In this document: positions 39,740 through 53,800 of the stretch, piece by piece
Position numbering within the stretch: the stretch's first letter is position 1
How the letters are laid out: every line of letters starts with the position of its first letter
Assembly: GCA_012295275.1 (NCBI GenBank)
Contig: CM022669.1
Coordinates: 12,214,001-12,278,000, forward strand
Length of the DNA stretch: 64,000 nucleotides
Direction of reading: 5' to 3'
From: Chrysomallon squamiferum
Taxonomy: Eukaryota > Animalia > Mollusca
Made by a program: the position numbers and the translations under genes
The notes under the pieces: model-generated
The model's input: the letters and a program-made list of their open reading frames with translations, nothing else
Databases searched by the model: none
Told to the model about the DNA's origin: nothing

Positions 39740-41890
39740 CATATATATATATAATTTTATTATTATATTTTTTAAATTATAAAATAAAATAGTTTTGAAA
39801 AGAGTTCTTTGGTACACCATTTTAGTCAATGTAATTGTAATCAGGTGGTGAGTCAGTGAGTGCTGATTGCAATTAAGTTATTACATGTTTATGTGTGTGT
39901 GTGTGTGTGTATGTGTGTTTGTATATGTGTGTGTCTATGTGTGTTTGTGTGTGTGTGTTCTTATGTAGTATAATGCTTTCATTCACATTTATATATAAAA
40001 CTATTCTAAAGATTTTATTTGCCATTATTAATCTTAAAAGTTACACAATTTATAATGTCAGATATAATAGCTATAAAATATGGAATGGCATGTAGTAGAG
40101 TAGAGCCTGTATTTATTTGTATGCAACAAATAGCATGATTCCGTGTGGCTGTAATTATCATAAAACTGCTATTTTTATTAAATTAATGAAACATATTCAG
40201 ACAGAAAGTTTGATTGAATAAAAAAATACACACACACAAAAAAGCCAAAAACAATAATAATAAAAACTTACTGAACTGAAAAACAATTTAAATTTATGTA
40301 GTTGCTTTATATTTATATAATATTTATACATTATTAAACATAATTTCATGGCAATAAAAACAGTAATAATTTTAATTTTATCTAACAAATATTTGTTCAT
40401 GTATAGGTTGGAAGTAATGTTTTTTCTTTAAAATCCTTAAAATAATATCAGCAAGAAACATGTAAATTCTGCATTACATAGGCTTGATCCTTTTTCATTT
40501 CCTTTTTTGAATGCTTTATATACAAAAATTATTATCTGATAGCTATAAAAAAATAAAAAAATAAAAAATAATAATAATAATGATAAGAGAGGAAATACCC
40601 AGTTTAAATTTATGTTTATTGTGTTTCTGATATTAATAATTTAACATACACACATACACACCAACAAAAATAAAAAAAATAAAAAAATAAAAAATGAAAA
40701 TAAAATGTAAAAAAATAAAAATAATAATAAACAAAAGAAGAAAATAATCCAGATAAAACACAAAATGTATGCTTATTGTGTTTCTGATATTAATAATTAA
40801 ACATACACACAAAAAAAAAAGTAAAATAAAGAGTAAAAAAAATAAAAATAATAATAAACAAAAGAAGAAAATAATCCAGGTAAAACAGAATTCATGTATA
40901 TTTTATTGATGTTATTCAAATACTCTTAAAGAAGCAACATTTTTTTTTATTCTCAAATTTCTTTTTTCGTTTGTAGCATCAGTAATCCCATAAAAGACAG
41001 ATAGATCGTACATCAACTTGAGTGACTTATTTCGCCAATATCCATGTCAAATCGATCAGGCTACAATTGTCCTCATGAATGTTGCTGGGTAGAAAATACT
41101 TATAAACATTCAAGCTTCAACAAACACTGATCAACAGAGCAATTCAGGCTGATACCATTATAAGGCAGTGCTCTGGTATTAACGATTCTCCACATATTTA
41201 TCACCACATTGTTGTACTGAATACTGGGGTGTAGCAATTTTCTGGTTATTTCTATTGTCCTGCAGTGGGTACTTGGTATATATCAACAGCATTAAATCTA
41301 GGTGTTAAAAACCAACTACCGATAAATAATTACTGAAAAGAATTTATAATTTTATGACTCTGTTTTTAAGGAAATGTTTGTGACATTTTTAAACTAACAA
41401 TAACACCATACAAATGGAGCTTATAAAAAGAAGTATTGTAAAATTGATGTAAATGTGTGTATGTAACTAACAAAATGATAACAATAAAAAAAAAAGTAAC
41501 AATCATACACAGAAAGTCTAAACACACACACAGACACACAGCTGAAATAAAATAAATAAAAAATTACAAAGAAATGGAAATGAGAAATCATAACAAATAC
41601 ATGATTAAATGTACTATGTAAAAGTATGTAATAAAACATACTGCTCAGGCAAAAAGGCATAAATGAACATTGACACAAACAGAATATAAAACGTTATGTA
41701 ACAAAAAGGTATATCTGGTATCATAGCAGTCCATTTTGTAAACATACATTACATTTGAATGCTTATTTTAATAATGTTCAAAACCTTGTTACAGGTTCAA
41801 AATTCTATTCACTAGCATCAACTAAAAACTATAATATTTTTTTCAGCAAATAAATAAATAAATAAATAAATAAATAAGTAAGTAAGTAAA

Positions 41891-41929
<39 letters not shown>

Positions 41930-43736
41930 CTAAGTAAGTAAGTAAGTAAATAAATTTCTAGAAGTTACATTAAATTTATTCAACATATTATCAGACAAGA
42001 AAGTAGTTATAAAGTTATGCGATGGTAAAGCCTATCATACTTTTTCCATACGTCTACCTTATTAGTTAATTTAACAATTTAACAAGTTTATAATGCTTTT
42101 ATTTTGCATTTCTATATTTGTCATGATAAAACAGTTAATAAGAAAAATCTGCTTTCAGACACACTAATGAATAATATATATTCTTTTTTTGTAGGTTTTT
42201 TTAATACTTTATCTTTTGTAAAGATTGGTGACCAAAAATATAATAAAATTATAACAATAAAAAAAAAAAAAATAATAAATAAAGAAAATAAATTAATATT
42301 TAAAAAAATTGTAAAACTGTAAAACAAAAAAAAAAAAAAAAAAAAAAATTTTTTTTAATAATAAATATGCTGAAAATTAAAAAATAATACTTTGGAATTA
42401 TGCATATGTGTAAGGCTATTTGTATGGACCACCAAAGATACACTTAAGAGATAATGTTAAAATTTAATACGATATTTTATTTATTGTCAGAATGCTCTGA
42501 CTTTAGAATATAAACAAAACCACTAATTCTTCTCAAATTAAAGGAAAAACATTTATCACAATTTTTAAACCTTTTCTTTACCCACCACCCACCAACCTTT
42601 CTAAAATTAAAGGGAAACCATTTATCAACTTCTCAGTAAGACATTAAGTCTTGTAAAAGAAAATATTTTATATTCTAATAAAATCAGCTTGTCTGCTGTT
42701 GACATGTGGATATGTGAAAGTAAATATGTGAAAGTGTTTCACGAACTATTCATGAAGAGACACACATAGAAAGCATGTGAGAGACTGGAAGTGATGTTCC
42801 ATATTTTACTTCTAATAAAGTTATATTCTCTGCTGACATAATTATGTAAAATGTTCCATGCAAATATTAATCAAACACACAAATAACACAAACACACACA
42901 CATTCAGACACACAGACACACACACACACACACACACACACAGAGACACACACACTTGAGCAGACACACAGACACACATACACAAATAAATACCAATCAT
43001 CTATGTGCAGATAAGAAGCAGTTTAATACAAGTACATGTACAGGATCAAAATACATACATTGAATGAGGAAGTTGTTGTTAAGTCCAAGTATTTATGAAA
43101 TCAGCTACATACACTGATGTGTGTTAGTACACAAACACTGACCAATATCCTGCAAACTGGTTTAATAGCAAGCTTTTACTTACTCATACAAAAACATACA
43201 CACACATCATCTAGCAGTAAAAGAAATGCTCAATTCATTATACATGTAACAGGCAATCCCATCTCATTAATTAGTAACATTGTTTCTTAACTTTTCTTCG
43301 TACAGAATACTCTCTTTTATTTTTTTCAATCATAATGTATTATCAATAGTTGGTGTGCTGCAGAACCAATATAAAATATCATCTATGTATATTTATATGT
43401 TTATTTTTTATATATATATATATTATATTAAAAGATATTTTATCAGACATGAAAAGTATGCATTATTAAACATTCTTATAGATATGATTTTTGTATGATG
43501 AAAATTGTGATAAACGAGAAATTTGTTTAATATTTAAAAACAATTTCTTATATTCTTTTATTATCTGCATCATTAATTATAGGGTAAAACTTTGTAGCAA
43601 GGTAAAATTGAATATGTGGTAATGGTCTACAGATTTAACATGTTTTTCTTGGTAAGTGTGTGAGTGTGTTTGTGTGTATTTGTATGTATATATACCATGT
43701 GCATACTGTGGGTATTTTTGATTTTCATGTCTGTGT

Positions 43737-43799
<63 letters not shown>

Positions 43800-44700
43800 A
43801 AATGAGTTTTTTTTTAGCTCCATATAATAGCAATATTGTCAAGGGATATACTTGGGTAAATACTGATATTAAAGAAAAGAAAGATGCTTGCTTGTCATAT
43901 GACATAATTAACTGACTGAGGGATGCAGGGTATGAAATACAAAGAGCATATGACAGAGAAGATGTTGAAAATTTAAAAACAGATAATGTTTGTTCCAGTG
44001 TTTGACACATAAAACAATGTGAACAGTCCAGTGAAAAAATGAGTACAAACATACTTCAACAGCATGATGACAGATCTCTATTATTTAACACTCTGAATGT
44101 CTAACATATTATTAATAAACAAGAGAACAGAACTAGCTGTAACAGGAAACAAATAAGCTGAAGCAGATAAATACTATCATGTCATAATTATATATTATAC
44201 AAACAAAATCAAGAAATACAATCATACATTTAGTTTTCATTCTGTTCATGCAGCTTTCTTTCTCTGTTTTTATATCTTTAATAATCACTGTACTTACTTT
44301 TTCTTCTTCTTCTTCTTTTTCTTTTTTTCTGGGGCATCTTTTTTAACTGTTGGTTCTGGAGTTTCTAGTGCACTCTGTATATCAGTCTCTCCTTCTCCTT
44401 CACCCTCATCAAATAAGTCTGAAAAATATAGATCAGTGACTGTTTAATATCACCTGAACATTAACATATATCAACGCCACATTAAAAAGGGAGGTAAATC
44501 ATCAAATATTCATACACACAGGCACTTGCACATATACATTCACAACCATATACACTCTAATTTGCACCCACAGGACAACCCACACTTTCTGTCTTACACA
44601 CTCATACTCATAAACACACATTCACATCATATGCAACCTAGACACATGCTCACACACAAACACACATAAACATGCATTTTTATACACTCACTTACATGTT

Positions 44701-44746
<46 letters not shown>

Positions 44747-45038
44747 TTAACACTCATAACCATGCACATTTTTCCTAGAATAAAAAATATTTTTAATATT
44801 TTTAAACTTTACCTTGATCACCTTCTCCATCTGCTTCTTCATCTGGCTGGACAAGTGCGGTGGTGTCATCATCGACTAGGGTCAGCTCCTGTGCAGCAAC
44901 GCCATCAGCAGCGGAGTCAGTGGTGACCTCCTCCGCATCGCTTTCACTGTCAGAACTGTTGCTACTGCTGCTCAACACAAGATCATCATCTGAATTAGCA
45001 ACAACCTTTGACCGTCCATCTTTGTATCTGTAATCCAT
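20871..45038 (-). CDS. TTLL6: Tubulin polyglutamylase TTLL6/TTLL13-like
   Basis: GT-AG exons in phase: 44813-45038, 44298-44418, 37150-37190, 35983-36101, 35421-35551, 34854-35010, 34284-34427, 33782-33867, 33337-33562, 32826-33007, 32034-32219, 31105-31273, 29251-29460, [27552-27890, uncertain], 23869-24195, 21750-21963, 20871-21145. TTL-domain motifs: WTLYWTDYSVALERV, KINHFPGMNEICRKDLLARN, KPESGCQGRGI, PFLIDGFKFDLRIY, GLARFAT, MHLTNYAINK, CFEILGIDILLD, LEVNHSPSF. The core exons are secure. The last four exons rest on splice and phase logic only. Confidence 0.9.
21313..21710. repeat. Tandem duplications in the last TTLL6 intron
   Basis: A ~70-bp unit TAATTAAGATTG..TTGTTCATTATTAAAATTAAATAATACAGGT.AAATTTGAGTAA occurs twice. 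It is followed by four degenerate TGGTT(G)CA..ATA(T/C)ACA units. Confidence 0.7.
29027..29270 (-). repeat. Three ~80-bp tandem units, the last containing the TTLL6 exon 13 donor
   Basis: Unit AAAAT(G/A)ATGTTATTTTAATGCT(A/G)TTT(T/A)CTAAA.AAC.GC...ACT(A/G)(C/T)TGCAG occurs at about 29027, 29105 and 29190. Confidence 0.8.
33660..33712. repeat. (GA)n microsatellite
   Basis: Directly visible. Further GA tracts lie at about 34070-34116 and 34537-34587. Confidence 0.95.
39398..39835. repeat. Long inverted repeat (foldback), about 440 bp
   Basis: ATTACATTGACTAAAATGGTGTACCAAAGAACT..AAAACTATTTTATTTTATAATTT.. followed by (TATG)n pairs with (CATA)n..AAATTATAAAATAAAATAGTTTTG..AGTTCTTTGGTACACCATTTTAGTCAATGTAAT. 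Confidence 0.9.
40560..40890. repeat. ~170-bp degenerate tandem duplication
   Basis: TTATTGTGTTTCTGATATTAATAATT..ACATACACAC..AAAAATAATAATAAACAAAAGAAGAAAATAATCCAG occurs twice. Confidence 0.7.
41848..41955. repeat. Compound (TAAA)n(TAAG)n microsatellite
   Basis: Directly visible. Confidence 0.9.
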
Positions 45039-45168
45039 TCTATTATTTAATTTCTGAAATTAAATTCAGATCTTTTAGTTTCTCAAGCAGATGATTAGTT
45101 GTTTTTGAAATGTTCACATTTCCATAAATAAATGTGTTTATATAGCAGGGTGAGAGTATGTGTATGTG

Positions 45169-45208
<40 letters not shown>

Positions 45209-46600
45209 CTGTTTAACTAAAGGTTCACGTCTTAAATGAGGAGATTATCTAATATAACAGCCTGTAATTCCAAACTTGCAAATACAATCCTTATTATTCA
45301 TATTCCACTTGATAAACCCATTTCACCCCACCCATCCTCACACACACACCTCATGTTTATACCTGAACACTTGATCATTTCATCTATGGTTATATGGATC
45401 TATGTGAATTTAATATGGCACATAATACGGCATATAAATGCATATAATATGGCTTCTGTATAAGTGATTTCTTTTTCTTTAAAAAAATAATAAAAACATA
45501 AAAAATAAAAGACTGATACAAAAATCTTAAAAGACATTAAAAAAAAAAAAAAAAAAAAAATTAAAAATATTATAGCTACAGAAATAATAAAAATCAATTT
45601 ATATTTAGACTTAATTATCAGGAATATTCCTATCTTTATGGTAAAGGTATTTATTTATGTATGTGTATAATAATGCTTTTAGACTATCACAAATACATAC
45701 ATAAATACATTTTTAAATTTCATATGTACATACACAACACACACACAACACAGACACACACAAACACATATTCAAACATACACATGTAATTAATTACCTG
45801 TATATAGTTACACACACATTACATACTTATATACATTATTATAAATTCACAACTTGCACACACACATGTATGTACAGATATAAACACATACACATATATA
45901 AGCACAAACACGGATATAAAGTCATACATACTCGTACACATACCGCAGACATGCATGACAATAGAGCTAAAACATGTAACTACATGTTGACCCTTACACT
46001 GAAACTGAAAACATGCTTCAGTCAAAGACTAAGTTAATCCACACTGCAAGAAACAACTCGTAGAAATGAATCTCCAGCTGGTGTAACTAAATAAAAGTTC
46101 TTGTAATCCATGTCAGTAAAACAGAGCCGAGTTTGATTACATCCATTCTTTGGCTGAAAGAAAAATGACAAAAAAATAAAAATTAACAGAATGGGAAAAA
46201 TAAAATAAAATAAAATAAAATAAAATGAAATAAAGTAAAATAAAAGTGAATAAAAATAAATAAATAAATAAAAACAAACTAAAGTAAAGTGGAATTTTTT
46301 TTTTTTTTTTTTTTTGAAAGATAAGTAATATAAAAAAAAAATATAATAAAATAATAAAAAAAAAAATAATAATAATCTAAAATAAAAAAAATCTGAAATA
46401 AAATATAATAAGAAAACAAAAACTAAAATAAAATAAAATAAAATAAAATAAATTAAAAAATAAACACATATACTTCATATATTTCACTGAACATCATATA
46501 ATAAAAGATCATATATTACACCCATACTTTATCTTTAAATTGATCCTCTCTAAATATTTCATTTACAGACAGAACTTACACACACACACACACACACACA

Positions 46601-46667
<67 letters not shown>

Positions 46668-46959
46668 TACCCTGCTAAGGAAATTCTGTTTAATCCCAGT
46701 ACAATTAAATGTACCATTTCTCAATGGTCTCCCACTGTGTTCATTATTTAACTCGACTACGTACTTTTTTATGTGTGTCACGTATGTTGAGTGAGCCAAC
46801 AAACAAAAGATCAAACCAGTCATTACTGGTAATTTAGATTTGTATGGTGACTATAGCACAGCACACAGCTTGAATATTAATCTGCATTGTAACGTAACAA
46901 CAATGGTCTGTCTGCATGCCATATTAATAACCAACAGTTTAACCATGAGTGTTAGAACC

Positions 46960-47470
46960 AGAGGGATTATTATTCATTTGATATTAAAATTTATAAAAAA
47001 GTCCAGTTATTTTCTTTTAAATTAAAACAACTCATCTGTATAAAGTCTGATTATTCCTTTGATATTAAATTTTAAAAATATTTCCAAAGCTGTTTTCTTT
47101 TAAATTAAAACAACTCATCTGTATAAAGTCTGATTGGTTTGAAAACAGTGTTAGAAACACTATGGTGTTATTATTTATGAATATCTCAAAATGTATTTTC
47201 TTTTAAATTAAAACAACTTCTCTACATAATGTCTGATTAGTTTAACAATGGATGTCAAGAACCATTATGATATATTCTTTTGACAGTTAATTTTATAAAT
47301 ATTAAAAAAAAAAAAAAAAGTTTTAAAATAAAACAACTTCTTTGCATGCAATATCAGTTTAACAAAAAAATAAATAAATAAATTACTATAGTATTATTTA
47401 CATTACAGTAGAATTATTAAAGTTTTCCAGATTACATTCTTTTGAATTAAAACAATTTCTTTGCATGAAA
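46960..47470. repeat. Degenerate tandem repeat with core TTTTAAATTAAAACAACT
   Basis: TTTTCTTTTAAATTAAAACAACTCATCTGTATAAAGTCTGATT is exact twice, with about three more diverged copies. Confidence 0.7.
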
Positions 47471-47620
47471 CCTCATTCATTATTTAGCAAATAAATTTTT
47501 ATTTCATATTTTCAGAATTTTAATTACGAAAAATATAATGAAAAGTTCTTTCACAGTATCTCTGTAATTAGCATTCACTTGCAGGAAATGGTAAATGGAA
47601 AACCAGAAACATTTTAACTA

Positions 47621-47634
47621 GTAGCCTTGGCAAC
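47621..47634. promoter_or_regulatory. RFX X-box upstream of the TTLL6 coding start
   Basis: GTAGCCTTGGCAAC matches GTNRCC(N0-3)RGYAAC, and TTLL6-type enzymes are ciliary. Confidence 0.5.
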
Positions 47635-48001
47635 AACAATATCAAACCTTATTTTAGTCTCATTCAAAAAAAAAAAAAAAAAAAAAAAAAAAACACCAAC
47701 CAACTGATTCACAGCTATCTTATTACAGTAGCCCTGGAACTATTTTAATAAAGTCAAGTACTCCATGTTTTCTTTTAGAAACAGTTATATGATTGTTAAA
47801 TGACTGCTTCTTTCAGTTTTATTTAGTTTATGGCTATGCAGCAAACATGAATTAAAACTTTAAAATAATAATATGTGTATGTATGGTGAGAAAAATGTTT
47901 ATATATATATATATATATATATAATACTAGAAAAATTATGTGAAGTAGTATAAAGATTCAAATACTTATAATTGTTTTTTTAAATTCACTATTATTACTC
48001 C

Positions 48002-48059
<58 letters not shown>
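48002..48059. repeat. (AAT)n microsatellite
   Basis: Directly visible. Also at about 13227-13271 and 50841-50876. Confidence 0.95.
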
Positions 48060-48517
48060 GAATATCAACAGTGTAGACAGTTTAATAAAATCATGCTAAA
48101 CTGAATAATACTCTCACTATATTACAATGAATTTTACTTTGCTTTAATTAGAAAACATATCATGTATATAAATATATATACACATACACACATCTGAAAC
48201 ACAAACCAGAAAACCCCACTTAATCCAGTACATGAACTAAAACTATAGTGTAATAATTTATTATTAAAAAACATTAGGATGCTATTGATATTTATATAAA
48301 CACATAAAATAAATACATCAAATTCCAACATTCATTTGTCAGAAATACTAATATACTTGTAACTGTTAATTACTATGGCATTAATGTGAAATCAGATGCC
48401 AGATACTTTAGAAATGAAACTTTGGAAAACAACAGACCCCACCTGCTGTATTGTATTTGTAACCTAGGAAATGTTAATTGGCTATAAGTTTTTGTCTAGT
48501 AATACTAGCAAGATTAA

Positions 48518-48548
<31 letters not shown>

Positions 48549-50839
48549 TCTGTTATATTTTGGCTAATGGTGGTGCAGTAAATATTAATGATTTAAACTA
48601 ATTTATGTCTTTATTCATGTGTCTATCAGGACTGTAAGTTTTTGAAAATAGATAACAAAATCTATATGAATGAAAATATTTTACAGCAATAAATTAAATC
48701 AAGTAGTTTTTTTTTTTTTAAATATTGTTATAGATATACTAATACAAATTTGAAAAATGTTTTAAAAATTGAATATAAATCATAGCATAAATTTTTTTTT
48801 TGTTCATTAACAGAATTTGTTTTTTTTTTTTAATTTAATCTATTACAAAATAGATAAAATTAATTATTCTTCAGCCATCAGAAGTACACTTACCATGATC
48901 TTTTCTCAGTCATATAAAAACACAAACTAGCAGGGAAATTCTTCCATGTGAGTCAGATGGATTATTTCTAAGTAAACATTGCATGACAGTTAAAAACTAA
49001 CTTCACTTAATGAAACTCTCAATTAACATTTGCCAAATTGCGTGATTCCAACAATGACCATCTCAATTAATTAAGCTGTTGGCTGCTTCCCGCTGAAGCA
49101 ATCAGAAAAGAAAAAAATGAACACAGCAATTGCCTGACAGAAATCAAGAATCACTTTCTCTTAACTGTCTTACTAGAAATTAAATATTAATTTTTAATGG
49201 CAGTTCAAAGAAATGTGTAATGTTCTTGTGTACACGTTCATATTTGCTTAGAAACAAGCTTCAGATTGTTTGGTTTGGTTTTAATTTTCACAGTCGACAT
49301 CTTACTGATATGAAATAGCCATTAGGGTAAAATTAAACTTTACTGTTTAAATAAGATGAAATCAGACAATGTTATAAACATTCCTGTAACACCTTTTGGA
49401 TTTAAACAAAGATATTTTGAAGGTTTTTGAATGCAGAAATTAAAAGATGTATACATACTTGTTTATAATAACAGTAACTCTAGCAGTTCTTACAAAAATG
49501 TACAGACATATATTTAAAAAAGGATCATTTCTGTTACACAAAGACACATATACACACGCACATACCTATATCGACGTCGATGACCAATGTAATGAACATT
49601 TATATATTTAATAAATAATTTTAAAAGTCATAAGACATGGTTACTAGTGTATAAAAGTCACCACTGAACTGTTCCGTGTATGTGCTCCTAAATTATCTAC
49701 AGTTAACAAATAAGAACTAATAAGAACAAATATATTATAACACAACAGATCTGTCAAGTGGTTACCATAGACGAATTTAGGGAATATCGAAGACACATTA
49801 TAAATATACAATAAAATAATTTCTGATTTGACATTAATATATTGAACGTAGAATATACTAATAATTTAACTGCAGCACATATATTTCAGATATTTGTTAA
49901 CCAACCAAAATGTGTATTAGAAATACCTTATTCATATAGTAAAAATCCACCGAATCAATTATAAGTTGCACGTCTACGCTTATCCGCCATATTGTTTCTT
50001 GCTTGACATTTGTATACAATATCAATGCGCGGATTTAATTTTACACAAACATAAAATTCGTTGATCATAATTCCATTATTATTGAAAATCAATGATGATA
50101 TAAAAGTTCCCAATAAAAATACTTTATTTGTTTAAAATACTGTTTATGACCTAGAAAACACGTATCGTTTATAATGGATTCTTTGAGATCTGCGCGGTTC
50201 ACGAAATCAGTTGCTGGGTGAGCTGTGGCTTAGCCTAAGGGAAATAATTATGATTCTGCTTTAGATAAAAAGATTTGGGATATTAAGGCCCGTACACATC
50301 TAATATTTTGCTACAATGGATTTCTCTTTTGTTGGCTACTTGAAAATTAGGCAAAAATACATTAAAAAATTTATTTCTGCATCTAGCTCCTTGAAATTCA
50401 ACTTTCATGTGAAATGTACCCGAGTTGGTATGGTATTCAAAAAGTTATTATAAGTGGATAAAAAGATTTATTTATTTATTTATGAATGTACGTCTGTCTG
50501 CTGAAATATTTATTTCGTTAGTTAATTTTGACGATGTTTATTTTTATTCGATATTTATTATATATATAACTTATATTCTCTTGTAATATTATATAGCACT
50601 GTCAGATAGTGATATCCTCGAGGTCTATGCTGTCACAAATGCATATTAAGTTCTTTCCAGTCACATGTACATTATAATTTCTTAACTGAAAGTATTCTTA
50701 GCTATCATACGAATTTTCATACAAGAGCAACTCTTGCAAGACTCCTTATTGATAGTCTAGATTTTATTTGATATTCCAGATCCACCCATAACTCGTCATT
50801 TAATTATTATTCATAAGAGTATAATAAAAACAATAACAA

Positions 50840-50878
<39 letters not shown>

Positions 50879-53800
50879 GGCGTATTTGGTACTTTGCAAT
50901 AATAACCGTAGTATTGTATATCATTAATAATCGTATGTAATGATACAGTAGTGCTTAACTGTTGTTTTTGTTAAGCTTTGTCAATAAATAATTATACATT
51001 GTTTGGTTTCATTTCATTTTTTTTTTTTTTTTTTTTTCGTTTATCTTTTCATCTATTCATAGGAGGCCTTCTCTTTAGGTAATTATTAATCCTGCCAGGT
51101 AATATCATTTGAAATGCGTAGCTCGTATGGAATGAAGATAAGCTTTTAATGTAAACACAGACAACCGTCCATAAACTGGGTCACTTAGAACGCTAATAGT
51201 TTAAACTGCTACATTTTACTTTTGATTTACTATTTCATTAGAGCCAGTGTCTAGAGGGGGATCAAAAGGAGAGGCGGGTGGCTCTCCCAAAATATATATA
51301 TATTTTTTTTTTTTTTTGCGCCATTTCATTTATTGTTTTCTGTTTATTTCACTCGTCCGACAAAAGCGAAATTAATTAATTAATTAATTTCAGTTTTTAC
51401 TTGCATTGTTTTGGAAGAACTTTCTGGACTCTTTACTTTATTCGCCCAATCTCCCTTTGTTTTGAATTCTCTGGTCAGTTTCTGGTCAGCAGCGTTTTCG
51501 TTATATTTAGAGAATTTCGAGATTTCTGTAAAACTTTATATATATAAATATATAATTGTATTTTGATTTTAAACACATAAAAACAGTTATTTACTTCTTT
51601 GTGCTTTGATTTTAAATACAAAATAAAAATGTATAACGAACATAAAATTATGGGGTACCTATCACGAAACCATTCGTGTGCTGTCTGCCCCCAACGTTAC
51701 AGCGAACAATAATAAACAGAATGTTTAATTAATGCTATTTTATTTATTTCCCTTTTTTTCATTACAATAAATATCGCTGTTCAAATGGCTGTTTTAGAAC
51801 CGAATCAGTAACGTCACAAACAGCGTCTTACGGAACTGATTTGTCTGGATTATAAAATTTGTACTTATATCTGACTATGTAATGTCAACTTATCCTCAGG
51901 CTTTGCATTTGTTCCATACTGGTCTTTGAAGAGGAACACAATCATGTTATATAATGGTCGACTGTTTCCGAGAAGTATTGCTGTGGGCCGAAATAAATCG
52001 CTCATACTTTTCAAAGCAGACGTGACAGGCTAACCAATAACATCAAAGAATGTTCTAAGCTCTGTCCGCCTTCCGTAAACCACTCAATATCTGTAGCCAT
52101 AAATCTTGCGGCAATAAGAAAGTTATTGATTATTTGTAATAAAAATATTTGAAGAAGCTTACTCGTCAGATGAAAGTTGAGGAACAAATGGACCAATTAT
52201 AAGCAGACGCTTTTCGGCCATAGACATATAGAGCATGTTATGCATGTAACAGTTCAGAATAATTTGCTTTGCTTTTATCTGAATGTCTCTGGGTTATGAA
52301 AGCATGGAGCAAGCAAAATAAATAAATTGGGGAAACAGTTGAAAAGAATTAAATAACAAAAAAATCAGCATTTTTGTTTAATTAATATTTTTTTTTACGC
52401 ATAAGTTTGTTTCTAATTTCGAAATTAGCTGGAACCTACGCGTTTTACGTGTATAACTACTAGTATATAACTAACTCCCCATCGGTAAAGTAAATATATA
52501 AACAAACAAAGAAACAGATAAATACAAATATAAATAAATCAAAGCAGAAACAATGACATTCTTTCCAAAGATCTAACAGAATCATATCTTTTCATTTTCA
52601 AATCAAATGCGAAACGCCGATTACGACAATCATCGGCACTTCTGACTGTAAGAGAAAACCATTAAAAAGGAACGAATAAAATCCACTTGCTAACCACGTA
52701 TGATTTATTATCAGCTTTCGTCTATGGGTCTGAATGACCAGAATAAATGACCAGTAACGGACGCAGTCGTGTTTTCGTAGTGTCTGAATGGTCAGATTTG
52801 TAATCCTTATTAATATTACATAACGTTGTGCAAGGCAGCAGATTTATTTCATTTATTTTTTGAGCAGTCTTAATGTTACAGAGCATTACAGAAACTGTTG
52901 TGTACCATTTATATCAGTGTGACATTGCCATACTGATCTTGAAGAAAGTTAAGTCATGCATAGATAAAGCAAACAAAACCAATGCGGACTTGCTGGATGT
53001 TGTAATTATGTGTAGGATAGTCATCACCAACAGATTTCACCGTTATCAGTTACACGCGTACAAAGCAATTATTTTATTATTTATTCATATAGTGTCTGCA
53101 GGCTCTTTTTCATCCATTATCTTAACATTTAGCACCAACACTTCGGGAAATCTAAGACTTTATTCCAATCAGGGTATACGTTGTCTTAAAGCCCAGTGGT
53201 TCCACCATTCTTTATAATCTATAATAATATCGATAAATGCCCGGAAAGATACGAAAGGCGACGACGATACGAAACTGCTTTCATTTTCTAATCATAGTAA
53301 ATTAGTATGGTTGTAGTATTAAATTAATGTATACTTTCATCAACAATAATTATTTAATTATGTAAATATCAATATTTGGTATTCATAGACTGTACACCTT
53401 TGGGTATTCGCTGAACAAAGATAATTAAGACATATACCGTACGAAAATAATTATTTATGCGGAAAGAAATTAAGAATCAAATCTATTTTTAGATGTTCTG
53501 AGGATTTTTCTGTAAAAATGCATTCTTGCAGTTATTTTCTCGTTCACTTTCTTTCTACGTCATGCTTTACGGCGAACAAATGAAGTTTAAAAAATTAGAT
53601 ATTGTTAACCGAGATAGTAAATCATAAATTAATTAGTATTGGCCAGGACTAAAATCAAAGCTGATGTCCTCGATCTGGGTCGTTGATGGTAAGCGTTTTT
53701 TTCATTTTGATTTTTGATTTATTTATTTATTTTTAATCATTCATTAGACATATAATTTTTTTTTTTTTTTTAAAACCCAAAACAACAATAATAAAAATAA

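Noticed and set aside
40980-41340. Higher-complexity intronic patch, possible TE or exon remnant
   Set aside because: No sustained ORF, termini or recognisable motif was found.
51241-51490. Possible degenerate MITE (G-rich left end, C-rich right end)
   Set aside because: TIRs and TSD could not be defined.
52873-53217. 114-aa plus-strand ORF
   Set aside because: No recognisable domain or splice support.
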